From Fibrobacteria bacterium (GTDB lineage Bacteria; Fibrobacterota; Fibrobacteria; UBA11236; JADFYW01), in NCBI GenBank assembly GCA_050294405.1, contig JBNKOC010000024.1:1-64000 (forward strand): a DNA stretch of 64,000 nucleotides, read 5' to 3'. The notes below the pieces were generated by a model. It did not search any database. It was not told where the DNA came from and saw only the letters and a program-made list of their open reading frames with translations. Of this stretch, positions 10,175 through 19,955 are shown piece after piece. The stretch's first letter is position 1, and every line of letters begins with the position of its first letter. The position numbers were made by a program, and so were the translations under genes.

Positions 10175-10519
10175 AATTACATCTCTCCAGGGGTAGAAAA
10201 ACAACCGACCCACTAATAATATAAATCTCTACCAAAATATATTAATACCCAACGTTTTTTGGTTCTTAAAAAAAGACCCGGAGGGAAAAAATTGATTTTC
10301 ATTACAAAATTTGGGTATAGAACCACAAATTTAAATTCTTCAAGCCTGGCATAATTTTGGAGCCCCAGTGGGACAAAGTTTTTAAAGCGAAACCACTAAT
10401 TGTACTAGGTGTCTGGTAATTTGCATCTAAACTGGATTGAAAATTGATTTTATTGCGATAATTTTCAAAATTCAATTATTTGATCCATTTGAATGGATTT
10501 AAACCAAGTGAATGGCAGT

Positions 10520-11647
10520 TTAAAAACTCCATTTAAGCTGTGCATATACCAGGTTAATGACATTTTCGTATTGATTCCAGGGTCCAAAAGACCAGGATTG
10601 CCCTGTTAATGACAACCCCCAATTTTGAGCCAGAGAGTAATTTAAACTTGGCATTAAAAACAAGGCGTTCGGACCCGGAGCATACAAGCTGGCAAAAGAC
10701 AGTTGCAAAAGTGGAGTGGCCGTCCAGGATATTTGTACCATCGCGTTATAGGCGGTAGGCATTAAATTTTTGGGACTTAAAACCCTCTGAGTAAGAATTT
10801 CCATGGCATTTTCTTCGTTGTCAATGCCTTGACTGTTGTACAAAAAAGCCAACTGAGCGTAAAAAGGCTTCTGAAAAAAATAATCCAATCCCAGGGATAT
10901 ATTAACACTGTGTTTGTCTTCTATGGCACTTGGATTATCCGTGTAAAAATAGCTGAACTCCCCCTTGAAACCGGCATTGATTATAGAACCCGCCCAGCCG
11001 CTTCCCAAAACCAAATCACCTTTGTAACGTCCACCAAGCCATTGCCAATCATAACCCAAAAAGTTGGACTTTAACATTGCGGCTGCAATAACATCTTCTA
11101 GCTTGTCAGAAAAGGCCGCAGCCCCCCTTATACTCATATTGTCCATAAAGAACCATTCCAAATCTAAACCGTCGCTGCCTGGCCTTTCCTCATAATCCAC
11201 ATCGGTAAAGTCATATACATTAAACAAATCATTTGGATTCCAAAAACTGGCTATCCCCCAATTTACCCTTTGCCTTCCAAAGGAATAATCGACCGGCCCC
11301 ATACTTCCCTTGAAATGGACCCGGTCCCATTCCAATTGGGATTTTAAACTGGGCTTGTCAATTAGCCGCCAATCCAAATTCAAAGTGTAGCCCGCAACAT
11401 GAGCCAGTGCCGTTGAATTTCCGTAGGATGTGAGCTGGCGTCCCTGTAACACAAATTTAAGAGATGGGAGCAGATCCCACTCTTGATTCAATCTAATATG
11501 GAGCAAATTGGTTTGAAAGGAAGAATCCAGGTTATCGCCAAAACCATGGCTCTCCAGATTTTTAATGTAGCCACCGTAATTCCAGCTTAGGGCAAAACTT
11601 TCAAATACTAAGAGAAAAACAAATAAAAATATTTTACTGGTTAACAT
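10520..11647 (-). CDS. Outer-membrane beta-barrel protein of the Lol-like ABC cluster
   Basis: Signal peptide from MLTSK; GRQRVNWG..FWNPNDLFN..D.EERPGSDG motif; ends KWSF. Confidence 0.8.
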   Translation of the reverse strand: MLTSKIFLFVFLLVFESFALSWNYGGYIKNLESHGFGDNLDSSFQTNLLHIRLNQEWDLLPSLKFVLQGRQLTSYGNSTALAHVAGYTLNLDWRLIDKPSLKSQLEWDRVHFKGSMGPVDYSFGRQRVNWGIASFWNPNDLFNVYDFTDVDYEERPGSDGLDLEWFFMDNMSIRGAAAFSDKLEDVIAAAMLKSNFLGYDWQWLGGRYKGDLVLGSGWAGSIINAGFKGEFSYFYTDNPSAIEDKHSVNISLGLDYFFQKPFYAQLAFLYNSQGIDNEENAMEILTQRVLSPKNLMPTAYNAMVQISWTATPLLQLSFASLYAPGPNALFLMPSLNYSLAQNWGLSLTGQSWSFGPWNQYENVINLVYAQLKWSF

Positions 11648-12317
11648 CTGAAATAATTTTTCCATCCTCCAAAGTGACAACCCGTCTTGCCCGCGAAATA
11701 ACCCGCGCATCATGAGTGCTAAATAAAAATGTGGTTTCTTCCTCTTTATTTAAGTTTTCCATAATATCCAGCAGATTGTCTGTGGAGGCCGTATCCAAAT
11801 TAGCGGTAGGCTCATCAGCCAAAACAAATTTTGGCCTGGAAGCCAGAGAGCGAGCCACCGCCACGCGTTGTTGTTGCCCCCCGGACATTTGCCCAGGCCT
11901 GTGGTTTAGCTTATCTCCCAGCCCCACTTTTTCCAGGAGCTCCTTTGCCCTTTCTTCTCTTTCTTTTTTAGGCCGCTTTTGGAGAAGCATAATAAACTCC
12001 ACATTTTCCAAGGCGGTTAAAACAGGAATTAAATTGTAGGCTTGAAATACAAAGCCAATATTCTTTAGCCTGAAATCAATTAACTTGTTATCCTTTAATT
12101 GGCTTATGTTTACACCCGCTACCACCACTTCACCCGACTGAGATTGGTCCAGGCCTCCTATCATGTTAAGCAAGGTCGTTTTTCCCGAGCCAGACGGCCC
12201 TACAATGGCTGTGAACTCGCCCCGTTCCACGGAAAAATCTACCTGATTCAAAGCGTAAATTTTAGCTTCCCCGCTTCCATAACTTTTAGACAATTGCTTT
12301 GTTTCCAATAGGGCCAT
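11634..12317 (-). CDS. ABC transporter ATP-binding protein (LolD/MacB-like)
   Basis: Walker A GPSGSGKT, signature MSGGQQQRV, LADEPT, STHD. Confidence 0.95.
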   Translation of the reverse strand: MALLETKQLSKSYGSGEAKIYALNQVDFSVERGEFTAIVGPSGSGKTTLLNMIGGLDQSQSGEVVVAGVNISQLKDNKLIDFRLKNIGFVFQAYNLIPVLTALENVEFIMLLQKRPKKEREERAKELLEKVGLGDKLNHRPGQMSGGQQQRVAVARSLASRPKFVLADEPTANLDTASTDNLLDIMENLNKEEETTFLFSTHDARVISRARRVVTLEDGKIISDVNQ

Positions 12318-12328
12318 ATGCTGTTCCT

Positions 12329-13546
12329 TTACAAATTGCGAGTTGCCTCAACAGGATTTAATTTCAGCGCCTTGTAAGCCGGATATATCGCTGAAAGCAA
12401 AGAGGCCGCGCACATCATCAAAAAAATGTTAACGTAATAATGAAACTCTAAATTGGGGTAAACCATGGTTTGCAGGCCATAGGTTTCCAATCCCTCTTTA
12501 AAAATCGAAAAATCAATTCCGTTTTTGCCCCAATAACTCACCGTCAAATAGCCAAGCACAAGGCCCACACCACCGCCCACCAGAGTAAATATTAATGTTT
12601 CTAAAATCAGCATGGAAAAAATTTTAAATTTGTTCATTCCCACCGACATGAGCATCCCAAGCTCGCGCCTGCGTTCTAAAATGGCCATTAACATGGTGTT
12701 GATTATTCCAAAGGCCATTGCCATAAGCAGTATGGCTAAAAAAATGTATAACCATTGATCTAAAACAGCTTCTTCATAACCTAGTTCCGGAGAAACCTGA
12801 TTCCAGGATTCAATTTTTAACTGGGGAAAATCCCCGCTTAATTTTTTGGTTAACTCGGGAATATCTTCAAATTTTTTGGCCATTAAGGCCATCTCGTTAG
12901 GCGGCCAGTTATCGATTCCCAAAAGTCTTTCCAAATCGGGTTTTCTAATATAAACATGAGCTTCATCGTACTGGGTAGAAGGGGATTTGAAAATTCCGAC
13001 AATTTTAAACGCGCCAGCCAGCACATCGTGGCGGGCATTTTGAAAGGTGAGAACTATCTTGTTTCCCAATTTCAACTTTAATTTATTTGCCAGTTTTTCT
13101 CCCATGTAAATGGCATTTTTTTTAGGGCTGGTCAGCCATTCACCCTCAATCGCCTTTTGCGATATGTTTGTGACCTTCTGTTCTGCTTCGGGATTCACAG
13201 CTAACACTTTAACTCCAGCCCCCCCATGAGGGGCCGTGACCATTCCCATAAACAATACTCTTTGGCAATGAGCGCTGATTTGCTGATTTTTAGAAAGCGT
13301 CGCATCTAGTGCGGAGTAATCGGGAATACTGTCAATTAACCTCTGCTGGGACTTAAATGCAGGAAGGTGGATTTGAATATGAGAAACGGTGGTTTCAATC
13401 AGATTGGCGCGTCTTTGCAGCGTCATGCCCACGCTTAAGGAAAAAATAAAGACACCAGCCCAAATGCCAAGGCCAATGGAACTCATTAAAACCGAGCTTC
13501 TAAGCTTATGCCTCCAAATATTTCTCCAGGCGATGATAGATATCAT
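12329..13546 (-). CDS. ABC transporter permease (LolC/E/FtsX-like)
   Basis: AWRNIWRHKLRS, large periplasmic loop, ILERRRELGML, YPAYKALKLNPVEA. Confidence 0.92.
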   Translation of the reverse strand: MISIIAWRNIWRHKLRSSVLMSSIGLGIWAGVFIFSLSVGMTLQRRANLIETTVSHIQIHLPAFKSQQRLIDSIPDYSALDATLSKNQQISAHCQRVLFMGMVTAPHGGAGVKVLAVNPEAEQKVTNISQKAIEGEWLTSPKKNAIYMGEKLANKLKLKLGNKIVLTFQNARHDVLAGAFKIVGIFKSPSTQYDEAHVYIRKPDLERLLGIDNWPPNEMALMAKKFEDIPELTKKLSGDFPQLKIESWNQVSPELGYEEAVLDQWLYIFLAILLMAMAFGIINTMLMAILERRRELGMLMSVGMNKFKIFSMLILETLIFTLVGGGVGLVLGYLTVSYWGKNGIDFSIFKEGLETYGLQTMVYPNLEFHYYVNIFLMMCAASLLSAIYPAYKALKLNPVEATRNL

Positions 13547-13547
13547 T

Positions 13548-14762
13548 TTAAACCTTCATTGCCTCTACAGGTTTTAAAAACAAAATTTTTAGCAAAGGAT
13601 AAAGGGCTAACCCCAAACACACCAGAAACATCACTCCGCCATGAGTTAAAAACAATGAAAAATCCACTACCGTGGGTAATATGGCTTCCATTCCATAACC
13701 TTTCATGGCTTCGGCAGCCTGCCCGGTAAATTTAATAGGATGAATATGGAAGTAATACACAACCGGAAGGCTCAGGCACCAGCCAAAAAATACGCCCACC
13801 ATGGACATAATGGCCACTTCCAAAGCGGTTACCAATATTAGGGTTATCCGGCTCATTCCCAAGGATATTAACACTCCGTATTCGTATTGCCTTTCAGTAG
13901 TTAACATTAAAAAGGTTCCAAACACTCCAAAGCTGATTATTAAATAAAGCACCAATAACATTATCATTCCTCCGGCGCTATCCGCTTCAATAGCCTGTAT
14001 TAGTTCGGGCATTAGTTCTTTCCAGTCCATAATCTCGTATTTAGTTGTGTCCAGTTTGCTTATTAACCGGGACTGCACGAACCTTGTATCCGCTGGTTCT
14101 TCAGGCATAACCGCCAGCGCCGTAATCATCCCGGGGGCAGATATAAAACTTTGGGCCAATTCCAGAGGCGCAAAAATAAACCCGTCATTTAACAAAGGCG
14201 AACTTAAATTTATTATACCTTCAACGGGATAGCCACCTGCAGCGCTCATGCCGTGGTACCCCCCGCCCAACAACACCAAACTATCCCCTATCCCAATGGA
14301 CAACTGGCTGGCCAGACCTTCGCCGATAACCAGACCCTGGCTATTGGAGTTTATTAAATTTCCCGATACAATTTTTTCTTTCCTAAACATCCGGGAATAT
14401 TCTTTTTCCGGATTGATTCCCAAAATCATCACAGCTTTAGACTGATCTTTAAAAAAACTGAGGCCAAAAGTTTCCAGGCGGGGAGCCATTTCTTTAAGCT
14501 GAGGAATATCTTTCAGGCCTTTTAATTCGGTAGAATAATCCATGGCATTATCCACAATTTTATCTTCCCAATAACCCTTTTTGTGGACTTGGAGGTATCC
14601 CGTATACATACCAACAACATTTTCAATCATGTTTTCATAAGAACCAAATTGCATGGACCGGGTAATTATGGCAAAGAAAACCGCAAAACAAATGGAGGCG
14701 ATAGTTATACCCGAGCGGCGCTTGTTGCGCCAGATATTTCTCCATGATAACTTAATAAGCAA
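13548..14762 (-). CDS. ABC transporter permease (LolC/E/FtsX-like)
   Basis: SWRNIWRNKRRS, TERQYEYGVL, LKPVEAM. Confidence 0.92.
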   Translation of the reverse strand: MLIKLSWRNIWRNKRRSGITIASICFAVFFAIITRSMQFGSYENMIENVVGMYTGYLQVHKKGYWEDKIVDNAMDYSTELKGLKDIPQLKEMAPRLETFGLSFFKDQSKAVMILGINPEKEYSRMFRKEKIVSGNLINSNSQGLVIGEGLASQLSIGIGDSLVLLGGGYHGMSAAGGYPVEGIINLSSPLLNDGFIFAPLELAQSFISAPGMITALAVMPEEPADTRFVQSRLISKLDTTKYEIMDWKELMPELIQAIEADSAGGMIMLLVLYLIISFGVFGTFLMLTTERQYEYGVLISLGMSRITLILVTALEVAIMSMVGVFFGWCLSLPVVYYFHIHPIKFTGQAAEAMKGYGMEAILPTVVDFSLFLTHGGVMFLVCLGLALYPLLKILFLKPVEAMKV

Positions 14763-14765
14763 GGG

Positions 14766-15515
14766 CTATTTTACCTGTTTCATATTGCGGATTGAAAAAA
14801 AGCTTTCTTTTAAGCCGTTGTTAAATTTTAAACTTTTATACTCCATGACTGTTTTATGTCCAGGCTTATTAACAGGAATATATTCCATATATGAAGGCAG
14901 CAAAACACCGTCAAATTTTTTCGGTTTGGAAGCTAACATCAGGTTGACCAGCTCTCCGTCTTCATCAAAAAATTCTGTTTTTAATTGGAGGTATTCTTCT
15001 TTACTTACCCAAATGGATATTTTTCCCCATACCACCGGGGCATCGGGTTTTGGAGTAAGAATTAAATTCCAGCAATCCATGCCGTTAATAACGCTATCCT
15101 TACCCAATTCATGTTCATAGTCGCTAACCATGGAAGATTGCTTTACCAAATCATCATTTGTAAAGTCCGTGCCCATCCAGGATTGCATCATCATAGAAGG
15201 AGGCAACTTGATATTCCTACTTATTCTGGGCACCCAGTTCCACATTTCTTTCTCTTTTTTCAAAAACACAGTGCCTTTTTCCTGGGCGGGAGTCAAAATA
15301 AGCACCATGGCATAATCTTCCCCAAGGGTCCAGCTTTTTAAGGTCATACTGCGTTCCCAACTGGGTCGAACGGTTTTTATCTCCATTTCAGATAATGAAG
15401 ATTTTCCTCTTAGCTTTTCATCTGCCTTGCGAATGATTTCTTGCGGACTAAGCGCATTTTCTCCCCAGCAAAAAAGTCCTCCCATTAAAAACAATGCGAG
15501 CAAGGGTTTAAGCAT
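14766..15515 (-). CDS. Outer-membrane lipoprotein-sorting protein (LolA-like)
   Basis: PAQEKGTVFLK, MWNWVP, SWMGTDFTNDDL motifs; signal peptide. Confidence 0.9.
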   Translation of the reverse strand: MLKPLLALFLMGGLFCWGENALSPQEIIRKADEKLRGKSSLSEMEIKTVRPSWERSMTLKSWTLGEDYAMVLILTPAQEKGTVFLKKEKEMWNWVPRISRNIKLPPSMMMQSWMGTDFTNDDLVKQSSMVSDYEHELGKDSVINGMDCWNLILTPKPDAPVVWGKISIWVSKEEYLQLKTEFFDEDGELVNLMLASKPKKFDGVLLPSYMEYIPVNKPGHKTVMEYKSLKFNNGLKESFFSIRNMKQVK

Positions 15516-15581
15516 TATTCCCCCCGGAAAAAGTTTGAGTCACATAGAATTTAGATAATTTAGCCTGAATTTGGAGTTTTT

Positions 15582-15611
15582 TTGCCAATTTGACTCTCAT
15601 TATAGTAGAAT
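15582..15611 (+). promoter_or_regulatory. Putative sigma-70 promoter of the MCP gene
   Basis: TTGCCA-18 nt-TAGAAT, 30 nt upstream of ATG 15642. Confidence 0.4.
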
Positions 15612-15641
15612 CAGCTAAATATCCCAAAGGTTGGCAACGCG

Positions 15642-17327
15642 ATGTTCAGCAGCATCCGAATAAAAATATTATGTATGGGCGCTTGTATGGCCTTAATTGG
15701 CGTAGGGATTCCAATTGGCTTCGAATATATAAGCACCCGCAGCGATTTGGCACATAGTATTTCAACCCAGTTAGCGGGAATTTCCAAAACTTCCGCTCTT
15801 TCTATCGATGCGGATATGCACGAAGAAATTTTTTCTACGGGGCCTGGAGAGTTTGAAGGCAAAAAGGAATTCAACCTCATTAAAAATAAATTACTGCAAA
15901 TAAAAGAAGCCAACCAAATTCACAAACCCATTTACACACTTAGAAAAGCCGTAGACTTTGAAGAATCGGGAAAAATGGAATTTGTAGTTATGACTAACCT
16001 CGATAAGCAAGGAAAACCTTTTGTAGGCAATGCTATTGAGGGAAATAAATATCTAATGGAAGCCTGGAAAGAAAAGAAAACGGTAAACACCCCTCTTTAT
16101 GAAGATTACGAAGGAACCTGGATTTCTTCCATTTCTCCAATAATGGGTTCTGAGGGAAATGTGGTAGCCCTCTTATCCATTGATAGGGATGTTAGTTTTT
16201 TTCAGAACAAACTTCGCAAAAAAATTCTGGTTTTATTTGCCATTGGATTTATTACCGCATCCATTGCCCTGCTAATTCTATTTCCGCTTACCGGAACCTT
16301 AACCAAAAACATAAAAGAACTTATTGTCGGCGCAAATAAAGTTTCGACAGGTGATTTGCAAATGCAAATAGAGGTAAACGGAAAAGACGAAATCACCCAA
16401 TTGTCCAAAAGTTTTAACGCTATGACCGAAAACTTAAGAACTCTGGTTATTAAACTGGCGGATCATGCAGAAAATTTAAAATCAAGAAGCAAAGATATAA
16501 TCCACTCCGAATCCGACGTAAAAAAAATTAGCCAGTCTATGAGGGATCAGGCTTTAGAGCTTATAAATTCAGCAAAAAAAATGGTGGAAAACCTGGCCAA
16601 TAATTTAGGATTGATTGAGCAACTTAGCCATAGCACCCAGGGTATTGAAAAAACCACAGACCAGCTGGAAAAAATAGCCAACCAGATAAAATCCGGATTG
16701 GGAAACGAATCTTCCTATACCCAAAAGGCCAAAATCAATGTGGAGCTCACCCAGAAAAAAATGAGCCAACTTAAAGATTCCGCCGGAAATATCAATAACA
16801 TGATTCACATGATTGAGGAAATTTCTGAACAGATAAATTTACTTTCTCTGAATGCAACCATAGAAGCAGCCACCGCTGGGGACGCAGGAAAGGGATTTGC
16901 CGTGGTGGCCAATGAAATTAAAAGTCTGGCCAAGCAAACCTTTGAGGCCCTGGAATCCGCCCGGAACCTGGTGGGTGAAATACTGGATACCGTAAAGGAT
17001 ACAGGCCAAGAAGTAGACAATATTAACAATGTATTTGAAGATATTTTAAAAATTTCACAGGAAAACCAACAACATTTGGAAATACATTCGCAAAATACCA
17101 AAGAAATTATTTCTGGCACCCAGCAAATTTTTAATTACGGAAGTTCTATCAGCAAGGGAATAGAACAATCCAATGCGGATGTGAATGTTATTGAGAAGAG
17201 CGCTCAAAAGGTAGAGGAGTTCGCCAATGATTCCAAGAAAATTGGCAAGAATTTAAATGAAAATATTATTAAGCTTTCCGCAATCTTAAAAAATATGGAA
17301 CAGTCTATTGGAAAGTTTAAAGTGTAA
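15642..17327 (+). CDS. Methyl-accepting chemotaxis protein with Cache-like sensor domain
   Basis: TM, periplasmic domain ([15 protein letters not shown]), TM, HAMP, then [34 protein letters not shown]. Confidence 0.95.
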   Translation: MFSSIRIKILCMGACMALIGVGIPIGFEYISTRSDLAHSISTQLAGISKTSALSIDADMHEEIFSTGPGEFEGKKEFNLIKNKLLQIKEANQIHKPIYTLRKAVDFEESGKMEFVVMTNLDKQGKPFVGNAIEGNKYLMEAWKEKKTVNTPLYEDYEGTWISSISPIMGSEGNVVALLSIDRDVSFFQNKLRKKILVLFAIGFITASIALLILFPLTGTLTKNIKELIVGANKVSTGDLQMQIEVNGKDEITQLSKSFNAMTENLRTLVIKLADHAENLKSRSKDIIHSESDVKKISQSMRDQALELINSAKKMVENLANNLGLIEQLSHSTQGIEKTTDQLEKIANQIKSGLGNESSYTQKAKINVELTQKKMSQLKDSAGNINNMIHMIEEISEQINLLSLNATIEAATAGDAGKGFAVVANEIKSLAKQTFEALESARNLVGEILDTVKDTGQEVDNINNVFEDILKISQENQQHLEIHSQNTKEIISGTQQIFNYGSSISKGIEQSNADVNVIEKSAQKVEEFANDSKKIGKNLNENIIKLSAILKNMEQSIGKFKV

Positions 17328-17332
17328 ACTTT

Positions 17333-17734
17333 CTATTTTTCTTTAGGCTTTAAGTTATTTAATGCCTTCTTGCTAAGCTTGTAGTAAGAAATCAAATAAA
17401 CTGCTAACTGGTAATTTTCGCTGTTTTTAAAATCGGGATAATTGGAGCGGGATGGGTCTTTCAAACAAACCGCAATTTTTTCTCCTAATACATCTTCGAG
17501 TTTTTTCAATTTAGAGCGCTTAAACTTTTCCTTTCCATCTCTCTGATGGCACTGGGCGCAGGATGCGCCTTTCGACTCGCCAATAGGATTTTCAAACAAA
17601 ACCTGTCCCTCTTCTACATCTTTGGAATCTATTCCTAAACTTCCCAGCCAGGCGGGAGATGGCGGTTTATAGGTTCCCGAGCCAAGAGCGCCTATTGTTA
17701 AAATGGCAAAAAGGAATGCTATTTTTTGCTTCAT
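17333..17734 (-). CDS. Monoheme c-type cytochrome (SoxA/TsdA-domain-like)
   Basis: Signal peptide; GQVLFE...SCAQCH; third Cys in KIAVCL; QLAVYL C-terminal helix. Confidence 0.75.
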   Translation of the reverse strand: MKQKIAFLFAILTIGALGSGTYKPPSPAWLGSLGIDSKDVEEGQVLFENPIGESKGASCAQCHQRDGKEKFKRSKLKKLEDVLGEKIAVCLKDPSRSNYPDFKNSENYQLAVYLISYYKLSKKALNNLKPKEK

Positions 17735-18573
17735 AAAGATACCCCAAAATTAACCCCAACAAAACGCTGAATAGCATTATTCCTGGCATATAAGGTATGG
17801 GCGAAATAAAAGTTTAAATAAGCTCTGTTAAATAGCAGCAAGGCTATATCTAGTCCCGCATTAAACTGATCTTCGCCAATGGTATTTCCATCGTCAAACT
17901 GGTCCATGTAATTGACAGAAGCTCTGGCATATCCATATTCAACAGGAATAAAAGTGTAAGCCAAATACATATTAACACCATCGGATACGCCGCCAAACAA
18001 ATAATCCAGCGCATCTTCGGAAATATGGCCCATTCTCAAATGATATTCGGCGGTAAACTCAAAATAATGATATAAGTCTGAATGATGTATGCCCTTGCCC
18101 ATGCTGCTTCCCAATTTCCATTCTGTTTCTCCATCTCCGGGGGATGAAATGCTTCTAAAGGGAACCTCATCGTGGTAATCGTAAATGGGTTGGATTAAGT
18201 CCAAATAACCAGTTAAGGATACCGGGTGCCCGTCCAATGGATCTAAAACCTGGTATTTAGCTCCCAACAGGCCATTTCCAAAATTGTTGTATTTATAATT
18301 ATCGTCCAAATCATTATAGGATTGTATCCAGGGAGCATAACCGTACACTTCCCAGTGATAAAATAGGCCGTACTGAACTCCGACTCCCATTTCCAGCAAA
18401 TGGGTTAAATTTGTGCTCTCAATAACATCTCCACTATTATCCGCAAATCCTTTAATGGTGGTCTCGCTCATGTTGTAGTAAACATTCCAAAGTCCCTGGT
18501 CCAGTACGCTGGCTCCTGGCCCTGCAAAGGAAAGGCTTAGTCCTAATGAAATGATGGAAAATGCCCTTTTCAT
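17731..18573 (-). CDS. Outer-membrane beta-barrel transporter-like protein
   Basis: Signal peptide, FGNGLLGAKYQ and SPGDGE motifs, amphipathic strands; ATGA overlap with the cytochrome gene. Confidence 0.65.
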   Translation of the reverse strand: MKRAFSIISLGLSLSFAGPGASVLDQGLWNVYYNMSETTIKGFADNSGDVIESTNLTHLLEMGVGVQYGLFYHWEVYGYAPWIQSYNDLDDNYKYNNFGNGLLGAKYQVLDPLDGHPVSLTGYLDLIQPIYDYHDEVPFRSISSPGDGETEWKLGSSMGKGIHHSDLYHYFEFTAEYHLRMGHISEDALDYLFGGVSDGVNMYLAYTFIPVEYGYARASVNYMDQFDDGNTIGEDQFNAGLDIALLLFNRAYLNFYFAHTLYARNNAIQRFVGVNFGVSL

Positions 18574-18587
18574 ATAAATAGCTCCTG

Positions 18588-19928
18588 TTATCGGCCTTGC
18601 TTTTCCGGCGCACCCGCTATTTTAGCCACAAGAGGAAAATTGATTTTTCCCCTCCATTCTCCAAATAATAAAATATAAAAGGGGGCATATTCCAGTAATC
18701 GGAACATGGGAATATCTTTTAACGCCAAATAATAGGAATATGAGAGACACAAAAGCCCTGTTAAAACCAGCAAGCTGTAGCGGGGGAACACACAGCTAAA
18801 CACGAGGGGCCAAATCCAATACCAGGAATTAGCCACAGGGGAAAAGCACAACAATATTAAAAATATGTTACAGGAGAATTTCAATCTGCTTTCAAGGTTA
18901 TCCGAAGCAATTAAAAATTGGACAGCCGTAAAACCTAATAACAATGCCATAAATAGCTTCCATAGCATGGATAAAAAACCGCTTCCGCCAGTTATCTGGT
19001 AAACGATTTCGTAAAGAGAATGGTTAAACAGCCAATGCCTTCCAAAGCTAATTGCGCCTTGGGTCATGACCCAAAAATCATCTACAAACGGATACCATAT
19101 AAAAGCCAAAATCAAAAGGCCAAATAAAATAGCTCTTAAAGAAAATTTCCTAATAAAAACAGGAAGCAGTAATATGAATATCCACTTAATGCTAATGGCA
19201 AAAACAAAAAACAACCAGGGTAATATGTGGCGTCTTTGGTTAAGAAAATATATAGCCGCAAGGCAAGAAGCCAAGGCAAGGGAATCCACATGGGCGGAAT
19301 TAGAGAACTCTTTTAAAACTAGGGGATTCCATAAATATAAAAGGCTAAAAGCAGAATTCTTACCGGCTTGCTTTAAAATAAGACCTATTAAAACACATAT
19401 GCATATATCACCCAGCAAAATCAGAAACTTCTGTCCCCAAATTCCTCCAGGATTTATCAGGTAACCCAATTGAAAAAATCGCAAGCTCAAAGGAGGATAA
19501 ATACCTGGAATGTCTTTAAAAGAAAGTTTTTCCCAATTTTTATCCCGGTAGTTTTTTAATTCCGGATGCGTGGGTTCATAAACCAAAGGATTCTCTCCAT
19601 GATGAACCAGCTTACCCTCCCAATGGTATCTAAATACATCATCGTCTAAATAAGGCGGAGAAACAAAATGAATAAGCCGTAATAAAATGGCTAGGAAAAA
19701 AAAATATTTGAAAGAAAAAAAGAATCTCTCTGGAGCGCTAGCGCCTGAAAAATAAAACTGAAGGATTAACAAAAAGCACACAAAACAAAACAAGTAATAG
19801 CTCATGAATATTGCGGGAGAGGCTTTTACCCGATAGATAAATATCCAGGGTATTTGAACCAGCAAAAAAATTATCCCAAGCCATTTTGGATTGATGCTTA
19901 AATTTTTTACAAAGGGGATTAGAAGCAT
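18588..19928 (-). CDS. Polytopic GT-C glycosyltransferase (GT87/DUF2029-like)
   Basis: LDDDVFRYHWEG, IYPPL, YLWNPLVLKEF..SAHVD, SPVANSWYWIW; many TM helices. Confidence 0.8.
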   Translation of the reverse strand: MLLIPFVKNLSINPKWLGIIFLLVQIPWIFIYRVKASPAIFMSYYLFCFVCFLLILQFYFSGASAPERFFFSFKYFFFLAILLRLIHFVSPPYLDDDVFRYHWEGKLVHHGENPLVYEPTHPELKNYRDKNWEKLSFKDIPGIYPPLSLRFFQLGYLINPGGIWGQKFLILLGDICICVLIGLILKQAGKNSAFSLLYLWNPLVLKEFSNSAHVDSLALASCLAAIYFLNQRRHILPWLFFVFAISIKWIFILLLPVFIRKFSLRAILFGLLILAFIWYPFVDDFWVMTQGAISFGRHWLFNHSLYEIVYQITGGSGFLSMLWKLFMALLLGFTAVQFLIASDNLESRLKFSCNIFLILLCFSPVANSWYWIWPLVFSCVFPRYSLLVLTGLLCLSYSYYLALKDIPMFRLLEYAPFYILLFGEWRGKINFPLVAKIAGAPEKQGR

Positions 19929-19955
19929 TACCCCTTAAATTAATATTTTAAGGGA

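Noticed and set aside
10346..10361. Sigma-54-like TGGCATAATTTTGG
   Set aside because: The -12 element is GG rather than GC, and no plus-strand gene follows.
10214..10519. Riboswitch or ncRNA in the long intergenic region
   Set aside because: I could not recognise a conserved aptamer core or a convincing stem set by eye; an Rfam/Infernal scan would be needed.
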